Assembly: GCA_963664115.2 (NCBI GenBank)
Contig: CAXWPJ010000010.1
Coordinates: 508,438-572,437 of the forward strand
Length of the DNA: 64,000 nt
Reading direction: 5' to 3'
From: Terriglobia bacterium
GTDB lineage: Bacteria; Acidobacteriota; Terriglobia; 20CM-2-55-15
In this document: piece after piece, positions 20,909 to 28,443 of the stretch
Layout of the letters: the number at the start of each line of letters is the position of its first letter
How positions within the stretch are numbered: the stretch's first letter is position 1
Program-made: the position numbers and the translations under genes
Notes under the pieces: generated by a model
What the model saw: only the letters and a program-made list of their open reading frames with translations
Databases searched by the model: none
What the model was told of the DNA's origin: nothing

Positions 20909-22018
20909 ATGACAAGAAACGTTCTTAAGCGGGCGATGGTCGGGTGGGTGATACTCGCCACTGCGGCTCTCGCTGGAATTGGGCAGACCTGGGCCCAGGG
21001 AACCGAAGATTCCAACAGCCCGGCGATCAGCGTGCTGCCGGTTCGCGGCAACGTCTATATGCTCGTTGGAGGCGGGGGCAACGTCACCGTGTCCGCGGGT
21101 CGGGACGGCGCCCTGGTGGTCGACACCGGGTCCGCACGAATGGCGAATCAGCTTGTGGCAACCATTCAACAGATTGTCAACGCCGTCAACACTTCACCTG
21201 TGCCCGCCTCAGCCTGTGTCGGGTCCGATTGTGGGGGGGTCTTCAGTGCCTATGGTTGGTCCAGCCCCGGGTTCAATGGGGCGACGATCTCACGGGCCCC
21301 AGCCAAGCCTATCCGCTATATCATCAACACCAGCATGGCCTCCGACCATACGGGTGGTAATGAGGCGGTGAGTGCGGCCGGCACCACGTTCACCGGCGGT
21401 AACGTTGCGGGAACGATAGAAGATTCTGGAGACGGCGCAGCGATACTCGCCCATGACAACGTGTTCTGGAAAATGAGCGAGGTTCCGAATTCGAACGACG
21501 CGTTGCCGACCGAAACCTATCTGAACCCGTCATACAAACTCACCCAGTTCTTTAATGGTGAGGGCGTACAGCTGTTTCATCTGCCCGCGGCGAGCACCGA
21601 CGGCGATACGATGGTCTGGTTTCGATATTCCGATGTGATCAGCACCGGTGACGTCTTTTCTACCGTGAGCTATCCGGTAATCGACGTTGAAAACGGCGGG
21701 ACCATTCAAGGGATAGTTGACGGACTCAATCGCATTCTAGACGTGGCGTATGCGGAGTTCAGATCGCAGGGTGGCACCATGATCATTCCAGGTCATGGGC
21801 GGCTCAGCGACGTGGCCGATGTGGCCAACTACCGCAACATGATGTCTATCATCCGCGACCGTGTTCAGAACATGATCCAGAAAGGTATGACCCTCGAGGA
21901 AGTGAAAGCGGGCAATCCCACCCTGGACTACGATGGGCGCTACGGTTCCGATACGGGCGCTTGGACAACCGATATGTTTCTAGAGGCGGTATATCGAAGC
22001 CTTACCCCGTCCCAGTAG
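20909..22018 (+). CDS. Exported MBL-fold protein with degenerate metal motif
   Basis: Paralogous to 3340-4299 (GNVYMLVGGGGNV, IRYIINT, IPGHG), but HxHxDH reads SMASDH. Confidence 0.88.
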   Translation: MTRNVLKRAMVGWVILATAALAGIGQTWAQGTEDSNSPAISVLPVRGNVYMLVGGGGNVTVSAGRDGALVVDTGSARMANQLVATIQQIVNAVNTSPVPASACVGSDCGGVFSAYGWSSPGFNGATISRAPAKPIRYIINTSMASDHTGGNEAVSAAGTTFTGGNVAGTIEDSGDGAAILAHDNVFWKMSEVPNSNDALPTETYLNPSYKLTQFFNGEGVQLFHLPAASTDGDTMVWFRYSDVISTGDVFSTVSYPVIDVENGGTIQGIVDGLNRILDVAYAEFRSQGGTMIIPGHGRLSDVADVANYRNMMSIIRDRVQNMIQKGMTLEEVKAGNPTLDYDGRYGSDTGAWTTDMFLEAVYRSLTPSQ

Positions 22019-22065
22019 CGTTGGGTGAACGCGAAACGATCGACCTTTGTTTGGGAGGAAGCGTC

Positions 22066-22461
22066 ATGAAAAGCAGCTTGACCGGGTTCCTGATCGCAAT
22101 GTTTCTCTGCGGAACCACCGCCTACGCCCACCACTCCCTTTCGGCCACCTACGATCAGGCGAAGGAAATAACGATCGAGGGAAGATTGGTCCGGTTCATG
22201 TTCCGTAATCCACATGCCTTCGTTCACATCGAAGCGCCGGATGCGGATGGACAGATGCAGCGATGGGCCGTGGAGTGGGGCGGCGCCACGCAGCTCAGCG
22301 GCCAGGGCATTACGCGAAGCACGTTTAAAGTCGGAGATGAGGTCATCGTCTCGGGGAATCCTTCGCGCACTGCCACCGACTACAGAGTAAAAATGAATAC
22401 CCTCTACCGAACGGAAGACGGATTCGGCTGGGGAACACGTCCGGGTGAAGTCGTCGACTGA
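22066..22461 (+). CDS. DUF6152-family exported protein
   Basis: GGAGG SD; signal peptide ending AYA-HHS; FRNPH. Confidence 0.87.
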   Translation: MKSSLTGFLIAMFLCGTTAYAHHSLSATYDQAKEITIEGRLVRFMFRNPHAFVHIEAPDADGQMQRWAVEWGGATQLSGQGITRSTFKVGDEVIVSGNPSRTATDYRVKMNTLYRTEDGFGWGTRPGEVVD

Positions 22462-22526
22462 TTTAAGCCGACTGATTTAAAAGGTTCAATAGCTCGCTCC
22501 AGCATCTAACGGACAACAGGTGCCCA

Positions 22527-23315
22527 ATGAATAAAAGACCGTCGAGACGCACTTCGGCACTGGCCATTGCGGCCTGCCTCCTGTTAACCGGACCTGTGGA
22601 GAGCGCGGCCCAGAATCGTGGAGTTGGGGGCCCTAGAGGCGGCCCCGGCGGCGGGTTCGAGACAGCTCGAGAAGGCGCACCGATTGATCTGACTGGAACC
22701 TGGGTGTCCGTGGTCACCGAAGACTGGAGGGTCCGCATGGTAACGCCCCCCAAAGGTTATTATGAATCCCTTCCCCTGACCGCCGAAGGGCTTCGCATAG
22801 CCGATGCCTGGGATCCGGCCCAGGACCGAGCTGCGGGTAATGGTTGCAAGGCTTATGGCGGGGCGGCCATTATGCGGGCGCCCGGGCGGTTGCGCATCAG
22901 CTGGGAAGACGCAAACACCCTGCGGATCGACACGGATGCGGGTATGCAGACGCGGATCTTCCATTTCGGACAATCCCGGGCGCCGGCAGGTGAACGGACT
23001 TTGCAGGGACACTCCGTCGCGGAGTGGGAATACGCAAATACAGGTCAGGGAGAACCGCCAAAAGGCAATCTGAAAGTGGTGACCACGCAAATGCAAGAGG
23101 GGTATCTGCGTAAGAATGGAGTGCCCTACAGTGAAGACGCACTCGTTACGGAATACTACGACCTGATCACCGCTCCCGATGGCGAGCAATGGGTTGTGGT
23201 GCTAACCGAGGTCGTAGACCCGGTATATCTGCGCGCACCTTTCATCACGAGCACCCAGTTCAAGCATCTTCCTGATGACTCGGGGTGGAATCCCACGCCC
23301 TGCTCTGACAGATAA
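22527..23315 (+). CDS. Exported protein of the DUF6152-partner family
   Basis: Signal peptide; DLTGTW, CKAYG, GHSVAEW, LKVVTT, GYLRKNGVP, VVDP, terminal PTPC. Confidence 0.83.
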   Translation: MNKRPSRRTSALAIAACLLLTGPVESAAQNRGVGGPRGGPGGGFETAREGAPIDLTGTWVSVVTEDWRVRMVTPPKGYYESLPLTAEGLRIADAWDPAQDRAAGNGCKAYGGAAIMRAPGRLRISWEDANTLRIDTDAGMQTRIFHFGQSRAPAGERTLQGHSVAEWEYANTGQGEPPKGNLKVVTTQMQEGYLRKNGVPYSEDALVTEYYDLITAPDGEQWVVVLTEVVDPVYLRAPFITSTQFKHLPDDSGWNPTPCSDR

Positions 23316-23321
23316 ACAAAC

Positions 23322-23528
23322 TTGGCGGCGACCCGCACACCGACAACGTCGCGTTTCGCGTTCGGCCGTCCCGTCTTGGCCAGCGACATGTTCGAACACT
23401 CCTATCACGTGGACTACGGTGCGAGAGCCGGAGAATACGTCGATGCTTTCCTGCGGAACGTGAGCTGGGACGGGTGCAACCGCGGATTTGAAACCGCCGA
23501 TAACGCGTACGGCGCGCTCAGGGCTTAA
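23322..23528 (+). pseudogene. Fe/Mn superoxide dismutase C-terminal remnant
   Basis: PVLASDMFEHSYHVDYG...YVDAFLRNVSW matches the SOD D-x-[WFY]-E-H-[SA]-Y signature; no N-terminal domain upstream. Confidence 0.75.
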
Positions 23529-23531
23529 CCG

Positions 23532-24542
23532 TTAGTCGTTGAAGAAGATTTTTTCAAAGAGGTGGGTTCGGCGGACTTGGACCTGTCCTCCGTCTTCGGG
23601 TATCAGGAAGGCTGCAGCGATATCGTGTCTTTCGGCCCAGGCGAGACCTTCGTCCGCACCCATGACGTAGAGCGCAGTCGAGAGGATGTCGGCAACCAAT
23701 GCCCGTGGGTGCCAGACCGTGACGGCAAACTTTCTCTTGAGCGCGTGTCCGGTTTTTGGATCCAGAATATGGCCGATGCGCGCCTCACCTGTCCCGATAT
23801 CCCGTTCCGATCCACCACTGGTAGCCAGTGAGCCTTCCCTGAGCGCTATCCCCAGCACGGCCTGGGTCCGGTCGAGCGGGTGCGCCAGGGCGAGGCTCCA
23901 GGATTCTTCATTCGGAGGCGTGCCATGAACCATGATCTGCCCTCCCAGATCGATCATCCAGGCATCGATGCCCGCAGCTCTGGAATAGTCCAGCACGCGA
24001 TCCAGGGCATCGCCTTTGCCGAACGCGCCCACCTCGATCAGGATGGGTCGATTCCTGACCACGACACAATTTTCGGCATCTAAATCGAGATATTCGAAGC
24101 CAGCGTTTTCGAGTCCAAGCTGCAGTTCCTCCGTCGTTGGGCGATGTCCCCCGCGGTGGAGCCCCCAGGCCTCTACGAGAGTTCCAATTGCGGGATCGAA
24201 GGCACCATCCGTCCGATGGGCCCACGCCCGGAGTTCATCGAAGAGACGGCATAGCGCAGGCTTGAGAGGGAAGCCCGCTCCAACGGGCTGACGGTTGAGG
24301 CGACTGATGGCGCTGTCGGGCCGCCAGGTACTGAGTTCTGCTTCGCTGTCTTCAAGAGTACGAATAAAACTCTCAATCCGATTCAAGCCCGTCTGGCGAT
24401 CCGGGGCGTAGGTTTGTAAGGAAGCTCGGGTTCCCATCAAATAGACATCGCGGCGGACATCTATAGGAAAGACCGCACTCTGGGCAAAGCACTCAAGAAT
24501 GAGAGTGAGATAGATGGCTGGGATCAGGAGCGGGAACTTCAC
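23532..24542 (-). CDS. apbE: FAD:protein FMN transferase
   Basis: LMGT, TDGAFDPAIG, GAFGKG, LATSG, HILDPKTG, ADILSTA. Confidence 0.9.
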   Translation of the reverse strand: MKFPLLIPAIYLTLILECFAQSAVFPIDVRRDVYLMGTRASLQTYAPDRQTGLNRIESFIRTLEDSEAELSTWRPDSAISRLNRQPVGAGFPLKPALCRLFDELRAWAHRTDGAFDPAIGTLVEAWGLHRGGHRPTTEELQLGLENAGFEYLDLDAENCVVVRNRPILIEVGAFGKGDALDRVLDYSRAAGIDAWMIDLGGQIMVHGTPPNEESWSLALAHPLDRTQAVLGIALREGSLATSGGSERDIGTGEARIGHILDPKTGHALKRKFAVTVWHPRALVADILSTALYVMGADEGLAWAERHDIAAAFLIPEDGGQVQVRRTHLFEKIFFND

Positions 24543-25024
24543 GCGACCTGTTTTCGGGCAAAGACTTCGGACCGGTCCTTCAACCGCGACCTTTTCGATT
24601 TTATGAACAAGCGATAGCTGACCACCTGATGCGTGGCATAGGTAATGACAAAAACTGATGACGACACCAGATGCATGCCAAGCGTAATATTCGCCAGCAA
24701 CGGGGCCGTCACAACCTGAAGCATGTATCCGGAAGCGATCATCACCGGCAGCGTCACCATTGAAAGAAGACCCGAACTACGATTGGAACTCGTGCCGCTT
24801 CGAAGCTTCTTCTGAATGTGTGACTGAATCATGAGTCCGACGACGAACACCAGTACGGGCGCCACCAGAACGTGCAGGCTCAGCATGGCCGGTTGCCATG
24901 GATGATTGATGATGCTGAACGGATCGTCGGTCGCCATAGCGTACTTCATCCAGAAATAGGCCAGACCGCTGAGCATCACCAGAAGCGTAGATATGTGGGA
25001 TAACCAGATCTCCCAGGGTTTCAT
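24539..25024 (-). CDS. Four-helix membrane protein with His residues (possible cytochrome b)
   Basis: Four hydrophobic segments with His at helix ends; stop overlaps the apbE start. Confidence 0.7.
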   Translation of the reverse strand: MKPWEIWLSHISTLLVMLSGLAYFWMKYAMATDDPFSIINHPWQPAMLSLHVLVAPVLVFVVGLMIQSHIQKKLRSGTSSNRSSGLLSMVTLPVMIASGYMLQVVTAPLLANITLGMHLVSSSVFVITYATHQVVSYRLFIKSKRSRLKDRSEVFARKQVA

Positions 25025-25040
25025 CGTATTTACCTCAGAT

Positions 25041-25586
25041 CTATTCGTCTAAAACACTATTGATAGCTAAGACTCGACGCACAGCCGCTGTCGTCGCTCG
25101 TGCCGTCAACGTGGCGCCCGCAATTGGGCGGATCGCGCGATTCAAATTCAAATCCGGATTCAAGGTCTGTCCTTCGTATTGGGCCAACCAGGCCTCCGGA
25201 GCCATGTACTGAGGAGGCTCCAGAAAAGCGGTGACTTCAATCCTCACAACCAGCCCCTCCGGATCGAGACTGATCAGCAGACTTTCGTTCTTGGTCCTTA
25301 CCACGTGTGTGTCCACATACGCAGTGCCCACCAGGTTTCCGTCGTCGGTCGCGATATATCGGGCAATCAACAAAGACGGGACATCCACTCCGGACTGCGC
25401 CCCGGCCGCGCTGCGCTGGTCTTCCGTTAAAAAGACTCGCTCAGCCCGAATCTCCGCACCCGGAAAGACCTGTGCCAGGGCTTCTTCCCGTGTCGTCTGC
25501 GCCCCCGCAATCGCAATACCGGTAGACACAAAGGTCAACACCAGCACTAAGCGAAGAAGATTAAAAGCTGTATCCAAGCGCGACAT
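25041..25586 (-). CDS. Exported FMN-binding domain protein
   Basis: Signal peptide; FLEPPQY, WLAQY, IAGATLTA flavinylation-like motif. Confidence 0.85.
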   Translation of the reverse strand: MSRLDTAFNLLRLVLVLTFVSTGIAIAGAQTTREEALAQVFPGAEIRAERVFLTEDQRSAAGAQSGVDVPSLLIARYIATDDGNLVGTAYVDTHVVRTKNESLLISLDPEGLVVRIEVTAFLEPPQYMAPEAWLAQYEGQTLNPDLNLNRAIRPIAGATLTARATTAAVRRVLAINSVLDE

Positions 25587-26871
25587 TTAACTGATTGACT
25601 CCGCTCTCACCCTCGTTGACGACCCACTGGTAGTCCGCTTTCACGACGACGTTCTGAATGGGTGCAAACGCGAGGCCCAGTGTGTGAAACACGCGATCCA
25701 TCGTCGCGTCTTTTGAGAACCCTTGAGCCACACTATCCTGCGTGTCCAGGGCTTCGAATCGGTAAAACGGCGTGAGGGCAATGTCCGGCCGAACCTGAGA
25801 AAGAAGGTTGTAACCGACCTCGATATAACCCCCTTCCTGCACTTCGCCGACAGCAGCCTCACCTTCAAGCGATCGAGCGCGGTTCAACAGGTCGACGTTG
25901 TTCAGGGCAGAGCGGGCATAGAGAGCTCGAAAATTGAATCCCCGGATTTGCGCCTGCCCGTGAAGCTCAGTAATCGCGGTGCGAAGGGCAAACCCTCGCC
26001 CATCAACGGTGAACTGTCCCTGGCTCGAATCTCCGACGTAAAAAGATCCGCCCACCAAAACGCCCGGCGTTGGCGTCATATCCAGACGTCCGACAAAAGC
26101 CGGATCTGTGAACCGCGCCTTCGAACCCTTCTGCCGACCACCACGCAAGCCGTTCGAACTGAAGCCGCTTGCATCGAGCCCGTTCACGACGTACGCCCTG
26201 TAGCTGAACTTTCCAGCCGTACCGACCACTCCAAAGCCGTTCTCTCTCCACGTGGACGGCAAGAGCCGGCTTTCCGTCTCGGGGCGCCGGGCACTAAAAA
26301 ACGTGTTGGGTTCATGAAATTCGTTGGTCAATCCCATAGGAACCAGCAACAGACCCCCGCGCAAGGTAAGAGCGGGGTGAGCCAGATAATCGACGTAGGC
26401 AAACTCGACTCCGATTTCGTTCGCGTGCTCGACTTCGATTTCGGAATTGAATAGAAACTTCTCATTGAAGCGGTAACCGAAATAAACGACGGCCCTCAGA
26501 AAATCCAGCTGCGTCCCTTTTTTTACGGGGGTGCCGCTCTCGTCCTGACCCGCGAAATTCTCATAAAGCATTTCGCCATAGCCGGCGATCGAAACACCCT
26601 GGTCTTGCCGATATACGGATGCGGCCGCAGGTCCGAGTCCAAGTTGTCTGGCCTCGTCAGTTGTGATTTCAATTTCGACTTCGCTACTGCGTAGTCGCTC
26701 CAGTTCCTCCGCCAGTACATCGATCTGGCGACGCAACTCGTCAAGGTCGGCTTCGATCTGCTCAGATGACCTTCCACCGGCCTGCACAGGCGAAGCTGGA
26801 GCTGAGATCACGCTCGACACGAGGCCAAGAACGATCGCTCCAACGATTCTCCCTATCGCTTTCCTTCTCAT
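25561..26871 (-). CDS. Outer-membrane porin-like protein with N-terminal coiled coil
   Basis: Signal peptide; GYGE, FNSEIEVEHA, VEFAYVD, HEP, PSTWRENG; C-terminal GYSF. Confidence 0.82.
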   Translation of the reverse strand: MRRKAIGRIVGAIVLGLVSSVISAPASPVQAGGRSSEQIEADLDELRRQIDVLAEELERLRSSEVEIEITTDEARQLGLGPAAASVYRQDQGVSIAGYGEMLYENFAGQDESGTPVKKGTQLDFLRAVVYFGYRFNEKFLFNSEIEVEHANEIGVEFAYVDYLAHPALTLRGGLLLVPMGLTNEFHEPNTFFSARRPETESRLLPSTWRENGFGVVGTAGKFSYRAYVVNGLDASGFSSNGLRGGRQKGSKARFTDPAFVGRLDMTPTPGVLVGGSFYVGDSSQGQFTVDGRGFALRTAITELHGQAQIRGFNFRALYARSALNNVDLLNRARSLEGEAAVGEVQEGGYIEVGYNLLSQVRPDIALTPFYRFEALDTQDSVAQGFSKDATMDRVFHTLGLAFAPIQNVVVKADYQWVVNEGESGVNQLNVALGYSF

Positions 26872-27100
26872 CTGTCCTTACCTCATCTCAGCGCTGCGAT
26901 CGAACCCAGTGGCAGGACAGTTGACGCATCCTAACGACGGAACTTATACTGCAGTCGGCGTTTAGCAACGAAGTTAAAGTTTTGCGCCAGGGATGCGCCG
27001 GGGATCATCCGGCGCGTCCCACTCTACCTCTCGGAATTACCTGCAATTTCTCAACTACAAAGGCTCGCCCGCCCATCTAAGACTCCACGATCTTATTGCA

Positions 27101-27119
27101 ATTGAAAATCATTTTCAAT
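27101..27119. promoter_or_regulatory. Fur-box-like 9-1-9 palindrome
   Basis: ATTGAAAAT-C-ATTTTCAAT perfect inverted repeat upstream of the porin/FMN/ApbE operon. Confidence 0.7.
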
Positions 27120-27384
27120 ACCGAGATTGATTTTCACTGCCTGACAGACCCCTTGTCAAGCCATTCTTCCCAGCTCCCCGTCCTGGGACCGGCCAATGGT
27201 CTAGACACACAATAGGAGGCTCAAAACCAATAAAGCAGGAAGAAACAAAGAACCCACGGGCTCCTTTCTGCGGGAGCTCCTGCCCCCGTATGCGGCCTTG
27301 ACGATTTCGATTGGGTACCTACGAACGGATTGAATGGCCGACAAGACCCCCTGAGGCAGGGACAAATCAGGGCTCTGATAAGCA

Positions 27385-27412
27385 TTGACAGGAGCCCCCG
27401 GACTCATATACT
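27385..27412 (+). promoter_or_regulatory. Candidate sigma70 promoter of the RRM gene
   Basis: TTGACA-N16-TATACT about 140 nt upstream of ATG. Confidence 0.55.
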
Positions 27413-27551
27413 GATCATTCGAGTAACTGATACTAACGCCTGTTTAGGAGCCCCGTGCCTCTGTTCGGAAAGTAGTTGCATTGTGCAGTGGACCATAGCC
27501 TTTCCCGCAAAAGCCCTGGAAGTTCCCTACAGCTAACATCAAGGAAAACGA

Positions 27552-27872
27552 ATGACAAAGAAACTGTACGTTGGAAACCTGCCCTTCCAGACCACGGAAG
27601 ATGACCTCTCTGACATGTTCGCTGCGGTTGGATCCGTGGAATCGGTTCGGATCATTACCGACCGCGATACCGGACGGTCACGAGGCTTCGGCTTTATTGA
27701 AATGGGTGACGAAGACGCCGACAAGGCGATCAATGAATTTAACGGCAAGGACATGGAAGGCCGACCCTTGACCGTTAATGAAGCGCGCCCGCAGGCAGAC
27801 CGGGGTGGCGGTCGCGGTGGTGGCGGTGGCGGTGGCTACGGCCGGGGCGGCGGCGGCGGCGGCCGATACTAA
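27552..27872 (+). CDS. RRM RNA-binding protein with Gly-rich tail
   Basis: RNP2 LYVGNL, RNP1 RGFGFIEM, VNEARP. Confidence 0.95.
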   Translation: MTKKLYVGNLPFQTTEDDLSDMFAAVGSVESVRIITDRDTGRSRGFGFIEMGDEDADKAINEFNGKDMEGRPLTVNEARPQADRGGGRGGGGGGGYGRGGGGGGRY

Positions 27873-27882
27873 AGACGAATCC

Positions 27883-27922
27883 GCAAAAAGGCACGGTGGT
27901 TGAACCCCCCGTGCCTTTTTGC
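27883..27922. terminator. Intrinsic terminator
   Basis: GCAAAAAGGCACGG...CCGTGCCTTTTTGC. Confidence 0.85.
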
Positions 27923-28035
27923 ATTTATGGACAGGTCATCGATATATCGCACTCTCTTTGTTCACCCCGCCTGAATTTTTTCCGTAACAAAAAGTACTTT
28001 CCGATTTCAGATATCCGTATACTTTTTGAAGCTTC

Positions 28036-28377
28036 ATGTTTCGGCGTTACACCAACCAGACCATAGCGATTCTGCTGCTACCTCTCCTGCTGGGATTCAG
28101 TTTCCAGTGGGCTCTGGAGGTGTTCCATCCGATCGAGGAAGGAATCGCCCCCTCACATCAGCACGACGGCAGCGGTAACGTCGTCCATGCGACACATGAT
28201 CGTTCCGCGGGACATGCGCCTCATGCATGTCCGCATTCGGGCGCTTTCGCGCAGATCGGGCTTTTGGCCTCCAATTTCTCCGATAGTCAGCTGTGGGCGA
28301 CGGCCCCGTTGTTTCCTGACACGCCCCTCGTCCGATACGCTTCCAACGTTTTCCAGCGGGGCCCTCCCAGAGCCTGA
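28036..28377 (+). CDS. His-rich leader protein ending in RGPP (DUF2946/CruR-like)
   Basis: N-terminal hydrophobic segment, His-rich linker with CPH, C-terminal FQRGPPRA; directly upstream of a TonB receptor. Confidence 0.78.
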   Translation: MFRRYTNQTIAILLLPLLLGFSFQWALEVFHPIEEGIAPSHQHDGSGNVVHATHDRSAGHAPHACPHSGAFAQIGLLASNFSDSQLWATAPLFPDTPLVRYASNVFQRGPPRA

Positions 28378-28443
28378 CACATCCAATCCGTTTCCGAAAA
28401 ATCTGATTGTCGAGTCGTGGATGATGTCTCTGCGGAGGATTCC

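Noticed and set aside
22455-22480. CGACTGATTTAA direct repeat at a stop codon
   Set aside because: Only two copies 2 bp apart; most simply a local duplication
27800-27864. GGC/GGT-rich low-complexity run
   Set aside because: Encodes the normal Gly-rich tail of the RRM protein
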